DNA of 64,000 nt, taken from assembly GCA_963422645.2 (NCBI GenBank), contig CAXXVO010000008.1:544001-608000 (forward strand), written 5' to 3'. Source of the stretch: Alphaproteobacteria bacterium. Lineage in GTDB: Bacteria > Pseudomonadota > Alphaproteobacteria > UBA828. Positions 49,890-59,699 of this stretch are shown piece after piece. The translations under genes and the position numbers were made by a program. Position 1 is the first letter of the stretch; each line of letters starts with the position of its first letter. Below the pieces are notes generated by a model, which was given only the letters and a program-made list of their open reading frames with translations, had not been told where the DNA came from and searched no databases.

Positions 49890-50792
49890 CTACTCCGGTA
49901 CGATCATGGTGCCGGTGCCGTGCTCGGTGAAGAGCTCCAGCAGGATCACGTGCGGCACGCGGCCGTCCAGGATGTGGGCGGCCCCGGTCGAGCGCTCGAT
50001 CGCCGCGAGGCAGGTCTCGAGCTTCGGAATCATGCCGCCGCTGACCGCGCCGCCCGTCAGCATTCGGCGCGCCTCGTCTGTGCTCATCTGGCTGACGAGC
50101 GCGCCGTCGCCGTCGAGCACGCCGGGGACGTCGGTGAGCAACAGCAGCTTGATGGCGGAAAGCGCGGATGCAATGGCACCGGCCGCGGTATCGGCATTGA
50201 TGTTGAAGGTCTCGCCGCCGGCGCCCACACCGATCGGCGCGATGACGGGGATAATGTCAGAGTCGCCCAGATGGCCCAGCAGCCCGACATTGATGCGCTC
50301 CGGCTCGCCGACGAAGCCGAGATCAGCCACGCGCTCGGCGCCGGTCTCGGCATCGCGCACGCGCCGCTTGAGCGGTGTTGCCTCGATCAGTCGGCCGTCC
50401 TTGCCGCTGAGGCCGACCGCCGTGCCGCCCTCTGCGCTGATCGCGCTGACGATCTGCTTGTTAATGGCGCCGGAGAGCACCATCTCGACGACTTCGATCG
50501 CCGCATCATCGGTGACGCGAAGCCCGTCGACGAAGTCGCTCTCGATGCCGAGGCGGGCGAGCATCCTGGCGATCTGCGGGCCGCCGCCGTGGACCACCAC
50601 CGGGTTGATGCCGACCTGCTTCAGCAACACGACGTCGCGCGCGAAGCTCTGGGCGAGCGCCGCATCGCCCATGGCGTGGCCGCCATACTTGATGACCAGG
50701 CTCCGGCCCGCGAAGCGCCGCATATAGGGCAGCGCCTCGGAGATCGTGGCCGCGGTGCGCAGCCAATGCTTGGTGTCGCTGATGCGCTGCAT
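49890..50792 (-). CDS. argB: Acetylglutamate kinase
   Basis: VIKYGGHAM, VVVHGGGPQI, GLRVTD, NINADTAA, GGMIPK. Confidence 0.96.
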   Translation of the reverse strand: MQRISDTKHWLRTAATISEALPYMRRFAGRSLVIKYGGHAMGDAALAQSFARDVVLLKQVGINPVVVHGGGPQIARMLARLGIESDFVDGLRVTDDAAIEVVEMVLSGAINKQIVSAISAEGGTAVGLSGKDGRLIEATPLKRRVRDAETGAERVADLGFVGEPERINVGLLGHLGDSDIIPVIAPIGVGAGGETFNINADTAAGAIASALSAIKLLLLTDVPGVLDGDGALVSQMSTDEARRMLTGGAVSGGMIPKLETCLAAIERSTGAAHILDGRVPHVILLELFTEHGTGTMIVPE

Positions 50793-50853
50793 GGGGGTGC
50801 CCGGTCGGTGGCAGGCGCCGGCGTGCTTCAGGCCGCCGGCCGGCCGCGGATCA

Positions 50854-51540
50854 CTAGCCTATTCTCTCCGCCGTGGCCAGCGCCGCGAGGTGGCTCCTGA
50901 GCGCCGCGATGCCGTCGCCGGCGCGCGCGCTGGTGGCGATCAGCGAAGGATACGCGGCGACGTGGGTGGCGAGCGCCGCCTCAATGGTGGCAATCTGCGC
51001 CGTCAGCGCCTCAGGCGCTAGCTTGTCGCACTTGGTCAGCACCGCGAGGAAGGACACCGCGCTCTGATCGAAGGCGGCCATGACCGGTTCATCGGCCGCG
51101 GTGATGCCGCGCCGCGCGTCGAGCAGCAGGCAGACGCGCTGAAGCGTCGGCCGGCCTCGCAGATAGGCCTCCGCCAGACGGGTCCAGGCCTTGACCTTGG
51201 TCTTGGAGGCTGCGGCGTAGCCGTAGCCTGGCAGGTCGACGAGCGTGAGGCGGCCGTCGAGATCGAAGAAGTTCAGCTCCCGCGTACGCCCCGGCGTGTT
51301 GGAAGTGCGCGCCAGCGCGCGCCTGCCCGTGACCGCGTTGACGAGGCTCGACTTGCCCACGTTGGAACGGCCGGCAAAGGCGATCTCGGGCAGCGCAGGC
51401 GCGGGCATGCCGTCGAGACCGGCGACGCCCGCGACGAAGCGGCAGGGCCGCGCGAACAGCCGGCGGCCGGCCTCTAACGCCGCCTGGCGCGCTTTCGCGT
51501 TCTCTGCCGCCGGGGCCTCGGCCGGTCCTGGTTCGTCCAT
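50854..51540 (-). CDS. engB: Ribosome biogenesis GTPase YihA/EngB
   Basis: GRSNVGKSS, TPGRT, DLPGYG, TKCDK. Confidence 0.95.
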   Translation of the reverse strand: MDEPGPAEAPAAENAKARQAALEAGRRLFARPCRFVAGVAGLDGMPAPALPEIAFAGRSNVGKSSLVNAVTGRRALARTSNTPGRTRELNFFDLDGRLTLVDLPGYGYAAASKTKVKAWTRLAEAYLRGRPTLQRVCLLLDARRGITAADEPVMAAFDQSAVSFLAVLTKCDKLAPEALTAQIATIEAALATHVAAYPSLIATSARAGDGIAALRSHLAALATAERIG

Positions 51541-54179
51541 TCGCCGCCGTCGGCTGGTGTGCAGGGGGATGTCTCGGGCGCCGGCGCGCCGCCATCCTCG
51601 GCCGCATCCCCGCTCACCGCCTCAGCTGGAGCCTCATGGGCTGGGGCCTCATCGGCAGGGGCCGCGTCAGAAGGCGCCGCATCGTCGTCTGCGTCAGTGG
51701 GAGCGTCGCTCTCGACCGTGGCGCGGGTGGCCGCGCGCTCCGCCTTGCGCTGGCGGCGCGACTTCTTGGGCTTCTCCGCGGATCGGGGCCGGGGCGGAGG
51801 CGCTGCCTCCCCTTCGGCCGGGGGAATTCCGAGGCCTGCCTTCAGGCGCTCCATCAGGCCCGTGGGCTGGCCGGTCGCAGGCGCGGGATTGCGCCGGCTC
51901 GCAGCCTTCTGCTTTTGCTTGCGGGCCAGAGCTTTTCGTCGCGCCATCCGCGCTCGCTCGGCGGCGGCTCGCTTGGCCGACGACGTGGTGTTGCGGGTCT
52001 CGCCCTTTGCCTCGTTCTTCGTCTCGCTCTTGCGCTCGGCGCGCGGACGAGCGGTGCTCTTGGCACGAGACTTCTGCCCGCCGCCGCTGGATGCCGCAGA
52101 GCCGGACTTGCGGCGGGGCGAGTCGTCGCGGCGGGCGGCACCATCCCTACTCTTTTCGCTATCCCGGCGCGGTGCATCGTCGCGCCGCGCCTTGCTTGTC
52201 CGAGGCTGAGCCTTGCGGGCACGTGCCGCACTGTCCCGCTGTGTCCCACCTTCGCGCGGCGCCGTGCCGTCGGCATCGGCGCGCGCACCTTCTTTGGCCG
52301 GATCGGCGCGCTTGGTCTTCTTGCGGGAAGAGCGGCTTGGCTTCACGAGCGTGCCCTTCTCCGCCGCTTCCTTGATCTTTCTGATCTTCTCCGCGTCCTC
52401 GGCGAGGCTTTGGCGGGTGATTCCCATGCGCCGCATGATCAGCCATTGCTGGCCGATGGAGAGCACATTGTTCCAGGTCCAATAGACCACCAGTCCGGCC
52501 GGGAAGCGCGCGAACAGGAAGAGGAAGATGATGGGCAGCGCCATCATGATCTTCTGTTGGATCGGCTCCATCGGCTGCGGGTTGAGCTTCATCTGCAGCC
52601 ACATGGTCGCCCCGAAGATGAGCGGCCAGATGCCGACCAGCAGGAACTCGGGCACTGGCCAATCGAGGAGGCCAAAGCCGGTAATGAAGGTCATCGGGTC
52701 CGGGGCGGAGAGATCGTCGATCCAGCCGAAGAAGGGCGCGTGCCGCATCTCGATGGTGACGAAGAGCATGTAGTAGAGGGCGAAGAACACCGGAATCTGC
52801 GCGACCAGCGGCAGACAGCCGGCCACCGGGTTGGCCTTCTGCTCGCGGTAGAGCTTCATCAGCTCGCTGTTCATCCGCTGCTTGTCGTCCTTGAAGCGCT
52901 CGCGCAGGCGGATCATCTCCGGCTGGAGCTTGCGCATCCGGCTCATGGACGCGTAGGCCTTGTTGGCCAGCGGGAACAGCAGCACCCGCACGCAGATCGT
53001 CAGCAGCAGGATGGCGACGCCGAAGTTGCCGGTCGCCCGGTTGAAGAAGTCGATGACGTAGAACATCGGCTTCGACAGGAACCAGGCCGGTCCGAAATCG
53101 ACCGCAAGGTCCAGGCGGTCGACGCCCAGCGACTCCTCGTAGCGGTCGAGGAGGCTGATCTCCTTGGCGCCGGTGAAGAGGTGTGAGGTGAGCGATACCG
53201 CCTGGCCCGGATTCACCGTGAGCGGCTCGGCCTCGTAGATAGTCTGGAAGGAATCCGCCTGGCCGCCGTCGACCGGCACGTACTCGAAGCTGCCGCGGAA
53301 CGGCGTCTGCTGATCGGGAATCAGCGCCACCAGCCAGTACTTGTCGGTCAATCCCATCCAGCCGCCGGTCGCGTCGTAGTGATAATCCTGACCCGCGCGA
53401 GGGTTCGCGACCACGGAATCGTAAGCATCGCGCATGTCGTCGAAGTCGGCCTCGTGATAGTCGTCGCCGAAGATACCGAGGGCGCCATCCTGGAAGATGA
53501 AGAGCGGCTTGAACGGCAGAATGGATTCGGTGGCGTCGCTGAACCGCGCGATCCGCGAGTAAGGCGTGAGCGCCAGCGGCGCGCCGGTGGTGTTGAGGAC
53601 AGATTGGGTGACGGTGAAGACGAAGTTCTCGTCGATGTCGATCTTGCGCGTGAACTGAAGTCCGGCGCCGTTGTCCCAGCGGAGCGTGACCGGCCGGCCC
53701 GGCGCGACGGTGGACTTGTCGGCCGCCCAAAGGGTGTTGGGCTGCGGCAGCGCGATCCCCTGGGCTGCAGTGATCCAGCCGAAATCGGCGAAATAGGGCC
53801 GTGTCGCGTCGCGGGGCTGGAGCAGCACGATGTTGGGGCTCTCCGCGTCCGCCTCTTCGCGATAATCGAGGAGCGTGATCGAATCGATGCGCCCGCCGAG
53901 GCGCGCGATCGAACCGCTGAGCCTGGGTGACTCGATCTGGATGCGGGGACTCTCGATGCCCGCCTGGCGCAGCTCGGCCTGGGCCGGGGCGTCTGCGCTG
54001 GGCACCACCTGATCCAGCGACGGCGGCGCCGTTCCCGGAGCGGGCTGCTCGGCCACGCGCCGAGGGCGCTCGTCTGGCGGGAAGAGTGCCGGCATGAGGA
54101 ATTGCCAGCCGACGAGGACCACGAAGATCGCGCCGATCGCGATGATGAGATTGCGTTTGTCTGTGGCGCTGCCGAACAT
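51474..54179 (-). CDS. yidC: Membrane protein insertase YidC with long C-terminal extension
   Basis: DKYWL, LAVDFG, GNFGVAI, NPVAGCLP, LVVYWTWNN; canonical position after rnpA-yidD. Confidence 0.95.
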   Translation of the reverse strand: MFGSATDKRNLIIAIGAIFVVLVGWQFLMPALFPPDERPRRVAEQPAPGTAPPSLDQVVPSADAPAQAELRQAGIESPRIQIESPRLSGSIARLGGRIDSITLLDYREEADAESPNIVLLQPRDATRPYFADFGWITAAQGIALPQPNTLWAADKSTVAPGRPVTLRWDNGAGLQFTRKIDIDENFVFTVTQSVLNTTGAPLALTPYSRIARFSDATESILPFKPLFIFQDGALGIFGDDYHEADFDDMRDAYDSVVANPRAGQDYHYDATGGWMGLTDKYWLVALIPDQQTPFRGSFEYVPVDGGQADSFQTIYEAEPLTVNPGQAVSLTSHLFTGAKEISLLDRYEESLGVDRLDLAVDFGPAWFLSKPMFYVIDFFNRATGNFGVAILLLTICVRVLLFPLANKAYASMSRMRKLQPEMIRLRERFKDDKQRMNSELMKLYREQKANPVAGCLPLVAQIPVFFALYYMLFVTIEMRHAPFFGWIDDLSAPDPMTFITGFGLLDWPVPEFLLVGIWPLIFGATMWLQMKLNPQPMEPIQQKIMMALPIIFLFLFARFPAGLVVYWTWNNVLSIGQQWLIMRRMGITRQSLAEDAEKIRKIKEAAEKGTLVKPSRSSRKKTKRADPAKEGARADADGTAPREGGTQRDSAARARKAQPRTSKARRDDAPRRDSEKSRDGAARRDDSPRRKSGSAASSGGGQKSRAKSTARPRAERKSETKNEAKGETRNTTSSAKRAAAERARMARRKALARKQKQKAASRRNPAPATGQPTGLMERLKAGLGIPPAEGEAAPPPRPRSAEKPKKSRRQRKAERAATRATVESDAPTDADDDAAPSDAAPADEAPAHEAPAEAVSGDAAEDGGAPAPETSPCTPADGGEWTNQDRPRPRRQRTRKRARRR

Positions 54180-54199
54180 GAATCGCTCGCTCGCCCCGG

Positions 54200-54466
54200 T
54201 TAGCGCGGGGCGCGCCTCCAGGGCGTGCTCAAGATGCCGAGCGGACGCTCGGGCACCTCATCCACCCCGCCGGTGCAATAGGGATTGCAGCGGAGGATAC
54301 GCCAGGTCGCCAGCGCGAGGCCCAGGACCACGCCGTGCCGCTTGAGCGCCGTCATCGCGTAGTGCGAGCAGGTCGGCTCGAACCGGCAACTCGGCGGCAA
54401 GAGTGGCGAGATGAAATACTGGTATCCGCGGATCAGGCCCACGATCAGTAACGCGATCGGTCTCAT
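54200..54466 (-). CDS. yidD: Membrane protein insertion efficiency factor YidD
   Basis: YQYFISPLLPPSCRFEPTCSHYA...RILRCNP. Confidence 0.93.
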   Translation of the reverse strand: MRPIALLIVGLIRGYQYFISPLLPPSCRFEPTCSHYAMTALKRHGVVLGLALATWRILRCNPYCTGGVDEVPERPLGILSTPWRRAPR

Positions 54467-54891
54467 GCGTCTCCCGCTCTCGGGCCCGCTTCGCGCAACC
54501 GGTCGGCGGCGGACCGCCGGCTCCGGCCGGGTGTTCGATCGTCTGCCCGCGCGCCCACACGCGCCAACGCCGCGGCCAGATCGTCGGTCAATGCATCGAA
54601 CGGACGGGTCAACGTGGCAGTACGCGCGATGACGACGTAGTCGCAGCCGCATTGCGCCGAAGCCGGCATAACATGGGCCACCGCCGCACGCAATCGGCGC
54701 TTGGCACGGTTGCGCGCGACTGCATTGCCGATCCGGCGGCTTGCGGTGTAGCCCACCCGCACAAGCCCCTCCTCGGCATCCGCTTCCGGCGCCGGCGCTG
54801 CCTGTAGCACCAGACTAGGCACGGCCCAACGGCGCGCGGCCGCCCGTACCCGCAGAAAGTCCTGCCGCTTCTTGAGCGTGGCGATGCGCAT
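54463..54891 (-). CDS. rnpA: Ribonuclease P protein component
   Basis: LKKRQDF, RVGYTASRRIGNAVARNRAKRRLR. Confidence 0.93.
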   Translation of the reverse strand: MRIATLKKRQDFLRVRAAARRWAVPSLVLQAAPAPEADAEEGLVRVGYTASRRIGNAVARNRAKRRLRAAVAHVMPASAQCGCDYVVIARTATLTRPFDALTDDLAAALARVGARADDRTPGRSRRSAADRLREAGPRAGDA

Positions 54892-55040
54892 CGACCTCAC
54901 CCTACCACCACGCACCTTCGGCGCATCGTGCGCAAACGGGTCCAGCGATGACATGTGGTTGCACACGCCCCAACACACCATGTACGCCTGCAAGAAATGT
55001 CCGAGGAATAGCGATGAACGAGGCCGAGCCCCCGCCAATC

Positions 55041-55175
55041 CTAAACGGCCAGGCGCTTCCGCCCCTTGGTGCGCCTGCGCGCGAGAACGCGCCGACCGGT
55101 CACGGTCTTCATGCGCTGCCTGAAGCCGTGGCGGCGCTTGCGCACAATGTTGCTCGGTTGATAGGTCCGTTTCAC
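55041..55175 (-). CDS. rpmH: 50S ribosomal protein L34
   Basis: Manual translation (GTG start): [44 protein letters not shown]. Confidence 0.95.
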   Translation of the reverse strand: MKRTYQPSNIVRKRRHGFRQRMKTVTGRRVLARRRTKGRKRLAV

Positions 55176-55297
55176 GCCCCGTCTCCGCCCCCAGCTCGGT
55201 CGCTCACGATCACCGCGGCCGCCGCTGTATAAGCGTGCCCCGGGCTGCTGTCAACGAGCGCCTTGTGAATGGGCGCCAGTGGTCGCGCGATGTTTAT

Positions 55298-55426
55298 TGG
55301 GTCACGCGCGCGAGACGGTTCCCGCTCGCACGACCAAAGGCCGTCTGGGTCGCGCGCGAGACGGTTCCCGCTCGCACGACCAAAGGCCGTCTGGGTCGCG
55401 CGCGAGACGGTTCCCGCTCGCACGAC
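55298..55426. repeat. Tandem array of about 2.8 palindromic 46-bp units (REP-like)
   Basis: Unit TGGGTCGCGCGCGAGACGGTTCCCGCTCGCACGACCAAAGGCCGTC starting at 55298 (+2 nt), 55346 and 55392. Confidence 0.88.
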
Positions 55427-56376
55427 TAGGGCGGCATACGGCCGGCGAGCCAGTCCTCGATCAGGCGGCGGGAGATCGAATAGCGGCCCGGCAGGCGGAA
55501 GTCGTCGCTGTCCCGGCAGCCGAGCAGCTCTCGCCGCGGATACCAGTGGGCGTACTCCAGCTCGGTCTCGTCGACCGCGATCTCGCGGGAGAGCGCTTGC
55601 GCCATGAAGCCCACCATGAGCGTACCGGGGAAGGGCCAGGGCTGCGAGGAGTGGTAGCGGACATCGCCCACGCGCACGCTGCTTTCCTCCTCGATCTCGC
55701 GGGCCACGCACTCCTCCAGGCTCTCGCCGGGCTCCAGGAAGCCGGCAAGGGTCGAGTGCATCCCCGGCGGCCAGCGCGACTGGCGGCAGAGAAGACAGTC
55801 GTCACCGTCATGGACCAGTGTTATCACCGCCGTGTCGGTGCGCGGAAAATGGACCGCGCCGCAGTCCTCGTTGGTGCAGCGCCGTTGGTGGCCGGCCTCG
55901 AGTGCCGCCGCCGCAGCACCGCAGGCGCCACAGAAGCGATGCCGGCGGTGCCAGTAGGTGAGCCCCCGGGCGTAAGCGATCAGCGCGGAATCGGGCCCCG
56001 GTACGATCTGCACCAACTCGCGCAGGTCCATCATCTCGCCGCCGGGCGAGCGTGCGACCAGGGCCTCGGCCTCCACATGGGAGAGATCGACCACGAAATG
56101 CGCCGCGCCGGCGGCGCCGTCCTCGACCTCCACACCTAGCAGCGAGGGCTCAGCACGGTCGTCAAGCAGCCCGTCGAGGGTTTCACGGTAGTGGATGACG
56201 GGGAGGGGCTCCGGGCCCAGGCGGACGACGGCATTCTGCCGCCAAATCGCGACGTAGCGTGTGGAGGGGTCGTCGAAACGGGCCCGAAGCCATGCCGCGT
56301 CGGTCCGCAAATGCGCGGCCCGGTCAAGCGGCATTCCCGAGAGCACGTTGCCGCCGATGCGGGTAAGGTCGGTCAT
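55426..56376 (-). CDS. nudC: NADH pyrophosphatase NudC
   Basis: FCGACG zinc ribbon, FPRTD, AGFLEPGESLEECVAREIEEE Nudix box, SQPWPFP. Confidence 0.95.
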   Translation of the reverse strand: MTDLTRIGGNVLSGMPLDRAAHLRTDAAWLRARFDDPSTRYVAIWRQNAVVRLGPEPLPVIHYRETLDGLLDDRAEPSLLGVEVEDGAAGAAHFVVDLSHVEAEALVARSPGGEMMDLRELVQIVPGPDSALIAYARGLTYWHRRHRFCGACGAAAAALEAGHQRRCTNEDCGAVHFPRTDTAVITLVHDGDDCLLCRQSRWPPGMHSTLAGFLEPGESLEECVAREIEEESSVRVGDVRYHSSQPWPFPGTLMVGFMAQALSREIAVDETELEYAHWYPRRELLGCRDSDDFRLPGRYSISRRLIEDWLAGRMPP

Positions 56377-56598
56377 GCCCCAACCTCGCACACCGTCGGC
56401 CCGAGCGTAAAGCCGCTCTCCCAACGAGGTGTCAGCGACAGCGCGTCCGCCGCAATCGCGTCACCCGCCGAGCAGGGACGGTCTGCGGCCTTGACTGCAC
56501 CATGCAGCCGCTGCAACTGATCCTGCTGGGCGGACAGACGCAGTCCCGCTCACGTCCGCCGGCGGACACGGCCCAGGCTGCAGCAGAGGTGACGGCGC

Positions 56599-57075
56599 AT
56601 GACTGACCAAGCACCCTGGAATGAGGCCGAAGGCCGCCTGTTGAACGGCCTTCTGGACGTGATCGTGCCGGCGAGCGCAGATGGGCGGGTCCCAGCAGCG
56701 GGCAGGCTGGGTGTTGTCGAGTTCCTGGCCCGAAAGGCATCGGACGATCCCGCACTCGCCGCCTTGATTCGCACGGTCCTGACAGGGGCCGCGGCCCTGG
56801 TGGAATGCCGCGGCGCAAGCTTCGATGCGCTGGATGCAGCAGGCCGCATCGCCATCGCGGAGGCGCTGGAACGGGCGGAGCCCGACGCGTTCACGGCGCT
56901 GCTCAGGCACACCTACATGGGCTACTACAGCCGCCCGGACATTCGCCCCCGCTTCGGCCTCTCCGACCGCCCGACGCAGCCAGAGGGCTACGAGCTGCCC
57001 GAAGACGACCCCGACGAGCTCGCAGCATTGCTGGCCCCGGTGCGCGCGCGGGGCGGATGCTACCGCCCGACCTGA
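56599..57075 (+). CDS. Gluconate 2-dehydrogenase subunit 3-like partner of the GMC oxidoreductase
   Basis: LLDVIVP...VPAAG..., F-x-x-L...TYMGYYSRP; lies upstream of the GMC gene. Confidence 0.7.
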   Translation: MTDQAPWNEAEGRLLNGLLDVIVPASADGRVPAAGRLGVVEFLARKASDDPALAALIRTVLTGAAALVECRGASFDALDAAGRIAIAEALERAEPDAFTALLRHTYMGYYSRPDIRPRFGLSDRPTQPEGYELPEDDPDELAALLAPVRARGGCYRPT

Positions 57076-57093
57076 GCGCACAAGGAGCCCCGC

Positions 57094-58707
57094 ATGAGCG
57101 ACGATCCCGTCGATGTATTGATCGTGGGCGCAGGTCCGTCGGGCGCGGCGCTCGCCTGGTCGCTGCTGGGCTCGCGCATGCGCATCCTCTGCCTGGAGCA
57201 GGGGCCGATATTGAGCGACGCGGCCTATCCCAGCCGCAAGCCGGACTACGAGCTCAGCCGCTATGCCGAGTTCAGCATCGACCCCAATGTGCGTCGGCTG
57301 CCCCAGGATTACCCGGTCAACGCGGCCAACTCCCCGATCACGCCGGCCAACTTCAACGCTGTCGGTGGCTCGACGATCAACTTCTCGGCGCATTGGCCGC
57401 GCATGCATCCCTCGGATTTCCGCACCCGTTCTCTAGACGGGGTGGGCGACGACTGGCCGGTGGATTATGCGACGCTGGAGCCCTACTACGCGAGGAACGA
57501 CCGCATCACGGGAACTTCGGGCCTGGCCGGGAACCCGGCCTACCCTCACTACGAACCGCCGCTTCCTCCGCTTCCGCTCGGCAAACTGGGCCAGACGCTG
57601 GCACGGGGCTTCAATCGCCAGGGCTGGCACTGGTGGCCATCGGATGCAGCGATTCTCAGCCGCGACTACGACGGGCGGGCAAAGTGCGTCAACGCCGGCA
57701 CCTGCGACCTCGGCTGCGCCACCGGCGCCAAGTCCAGCGCGAACCTGACGTACTGGCCCGTCCTGCTGCGCGCGGGCGTGGAACTGCGCACCGGCTGCCG
57801 GGTGCGCGAGATCACACTCGACGAGAACGGCATGGCGAGCGGCGTTCTCTATCACGACCCCGAGGGCCGGCTGCAGCGGCAGAGGGCAGAGCTCGTCGTG
57901 CTCGCATGCAACGGCATCGGCACGCCCCGGCTGATGCTCAACTCGACATCTCACCGGTTTCCCAACGGCATTGCCAATCGCAGCGGCCTCGTGGGGAAGA
58001 ACCTGATGTTCCATCCGCTCACCGGCATCTCCGGCGTATTCGACGAGCCGATGGAGGGCTTCAAGGGACCGATGGGGTGCAGCATTTTCAGCCACGAATT
58101 CTACGAGACCGATCCGTCTCGGAATTTCGTACGCGGCTACGGGCTGCAAGCCAGCCGCTGGATCACGCCGATGACCTGGGCCCTCGGCGGTGTCTGTTTC
58201 GACAACCCCATACCCTGGGGGGCGGAGCACCGGCACCTGATGGACGAGGTCTATCCCTACTCGGCCGGGCTCACCATCGTCACCGAAGATCTTCCGCGCG
58301 AGACCAACTCGGTTACCCTGGACCCCGAGTTCGCCGACAGCGACGGTATTCCGGCACCGAAGATCATCTACACGGTGGACGACAACACGCGAAGGATGAT
58401 CGCCCACGGCGAGGCCCGCGCCGAAGAAGCGCTGCAGGCCGCCGGCGCAAAGAAGGTGATGGGCGCAGGCGGAGACGTCTGGTGGCGCGCGGGATGGCAC
58501 CAGATGGGCACGGCGCGCATGGGGAACGATTCCGAGCGCTCGGTGGTCAATGGCTGGGGGCGCTGCCACGACGTGCGCAACCTCTTCATCGTGGACGCCA
58601 GCATTTTCGTCACCGCCGGCGCGGTGAACCCCACCTCGACCATCCAGGCGTTGGCGCTCTACATCGGCGACAGCATCCTGAAGAATATCGGCAGCCTCTT
58701 CGACTGA
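57094..58707 (+). CDS. GMC family oxidoreductase
   Basis: IVGAGPSG, VGGSTINF, C-x5-C-x3-C cluster, GKNLMFH, HQMGTARMG, NPTSTIQAL. Confidence 0.92.
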   Translation: MSDDPVDVLIVGAGPSGAALAWSLLGSRMRILCLEQGPILSDAAYPSRKPDYELSRYAEFSIDPNVRRLPQDYPVNAANSPITPANFNAVGGSTINFSAHWPRMHPSDFRTRSLDGVGDDWPVDYATLEPYYARNDRITGTSGLAGNPAYPHYEPPLPPLPLGKLGQTLARGFNRQGWHWWPSDAAILSRDYDGRAKCVNAGTCDLGCATGAKSSANLTYWPVLLRAGVELRTGCRVREITLDENGMASGVLYHDPEGRLQRQRAELVVLACNGIGTPRLMLNSTSHRFPNGIANRSGLVGKNLMFHPLTGISGVFDEPMEGFKGPMGCSIFSHEFYETDPSRNFVRGYGLQASRWITPMTWALGGVCFDNPIPWGAEHRHLMDEVYPYSAGLTIVTEDLPRETNSVTLDPEFADSDGIPAPKIIYTVDDNTRRMIAHGEARAEEALQAAGAKKVMGAGGDVWWRAGWHQMGTARMGNDSERSVVNGWGRCHDVRNLFIVDASIFVTAGAVNPTSTIQALALYIGDSILKNIGSLFD

Positions 58708-59033
58708 CGGAGCCGACATAACCCCGCAATATCAAGCGGCGACGGTCGAAGCCGGACCGCGATTCCCTACGGCACGACGCGGTACTGCGAAGACGTCCGC
58801 TCCGTTCGCGTCAGGACGAGATTGTCTTGTGGAGCAAAGGGTCGGCGATCGCGACCTTGGCAGCGCGGCCGACGCCGATTCTACAGAATCTGTAACTACC
58901 CAGGTACCCCAATCCTGAGTTGAGGACGGTGATTATGGCGGCGGCCGCGGCCTGGTTCTGCCACCGCGATTGGTTCTTGACCTCATAGAGTTGCGGGACT
59001 ATGGACTGCTCTCTCGCGTGACGGGAGCGGTCC

Positions 59034-59699
59034 ATGGGGTATTTCGGCTCGAAGGCGACAGCAGGTCTGTGCCAAGCGCTGATTGCGCTGATGCCGCCGC
59101 ACTCCGTCTACATCGAAAGCCACCTTGGGGGCGGGGCGCTGATGAAGCGCAAGCCGCCGGCCGTGCGTTCGATCGGCATCGACCGCGATGCGCAGGCGCT
59201 CGAGGCCTTCGTCTGCGACTACCCGGTCGATCTGGTTCACGGCTGTGCCCATGACTTCCTGGCCTCGTTCCCGTTCCTGGGCCCGGAGCTGGTTTACAGC
59301 GATCCGCCCTATCTGCACGCGACCCGCCGCTCGGCGCAGCGCTACCGCTTCGAGTACGAGGAGGCCGGCCACGTCGCGCTTCTCGCGCTGCTCAAGGCTC
59401 TGCCCTGCCAGGTCATGATCTCGGGCCATCCGTCGGCGCTCTATGACGAGGTGCTGGCGGGATGGCGCCGGCTGGCGCTGCAGGTCACGACCCAGGGTCT
59501 GGTGCGAACCGAGGTCGTCTGGTTCAACTACGCCCCCGACCGGATGCATTGGGCCAGCCACGCAGGCCGGAACTTCACCGACCGCCAGCGCATCAAGCGC
59601 AAGGCAGCCAACTGGGGCCGGCGCTACCAGGCCTTGCCGCCGGGCGAACGCCTCGCCGTGCTCGCCGCCATGATGGCCGTCGAGGCCGAAGACACGTGA
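59034..59699 (+). CDS. DNA adenine methyltransferase (protein identical to 3220-3885)
   Basis: GYFGSK, SHLGGGA, SDPPY. Confidence 0.85.
   Translation: MGYFGSKATAGLCQALIALMPPHSVYIESHLGGGALMKRKPPAVRSIGIDRDAQALEAFVCDYPVDLVHGCAHDFLASFPFLGPELVYSDPPYLHATRRSAQRYRFEYEEAGHVALLALLKALPCQVMISGHPSALYDEVLAGWRRLALQVTTQGLVRTEVVWFNYAPDRMHWASHAGRNFTDRQRIKRKAANWGRRYQALPPGERLAVLAAMMAVEAEDT

Noticed and set aside
55298-55426. Possible CRISPR array
   Set aside because: Units are tandem with identical linkers (no unique spacers), and there are no cas genes in the window.
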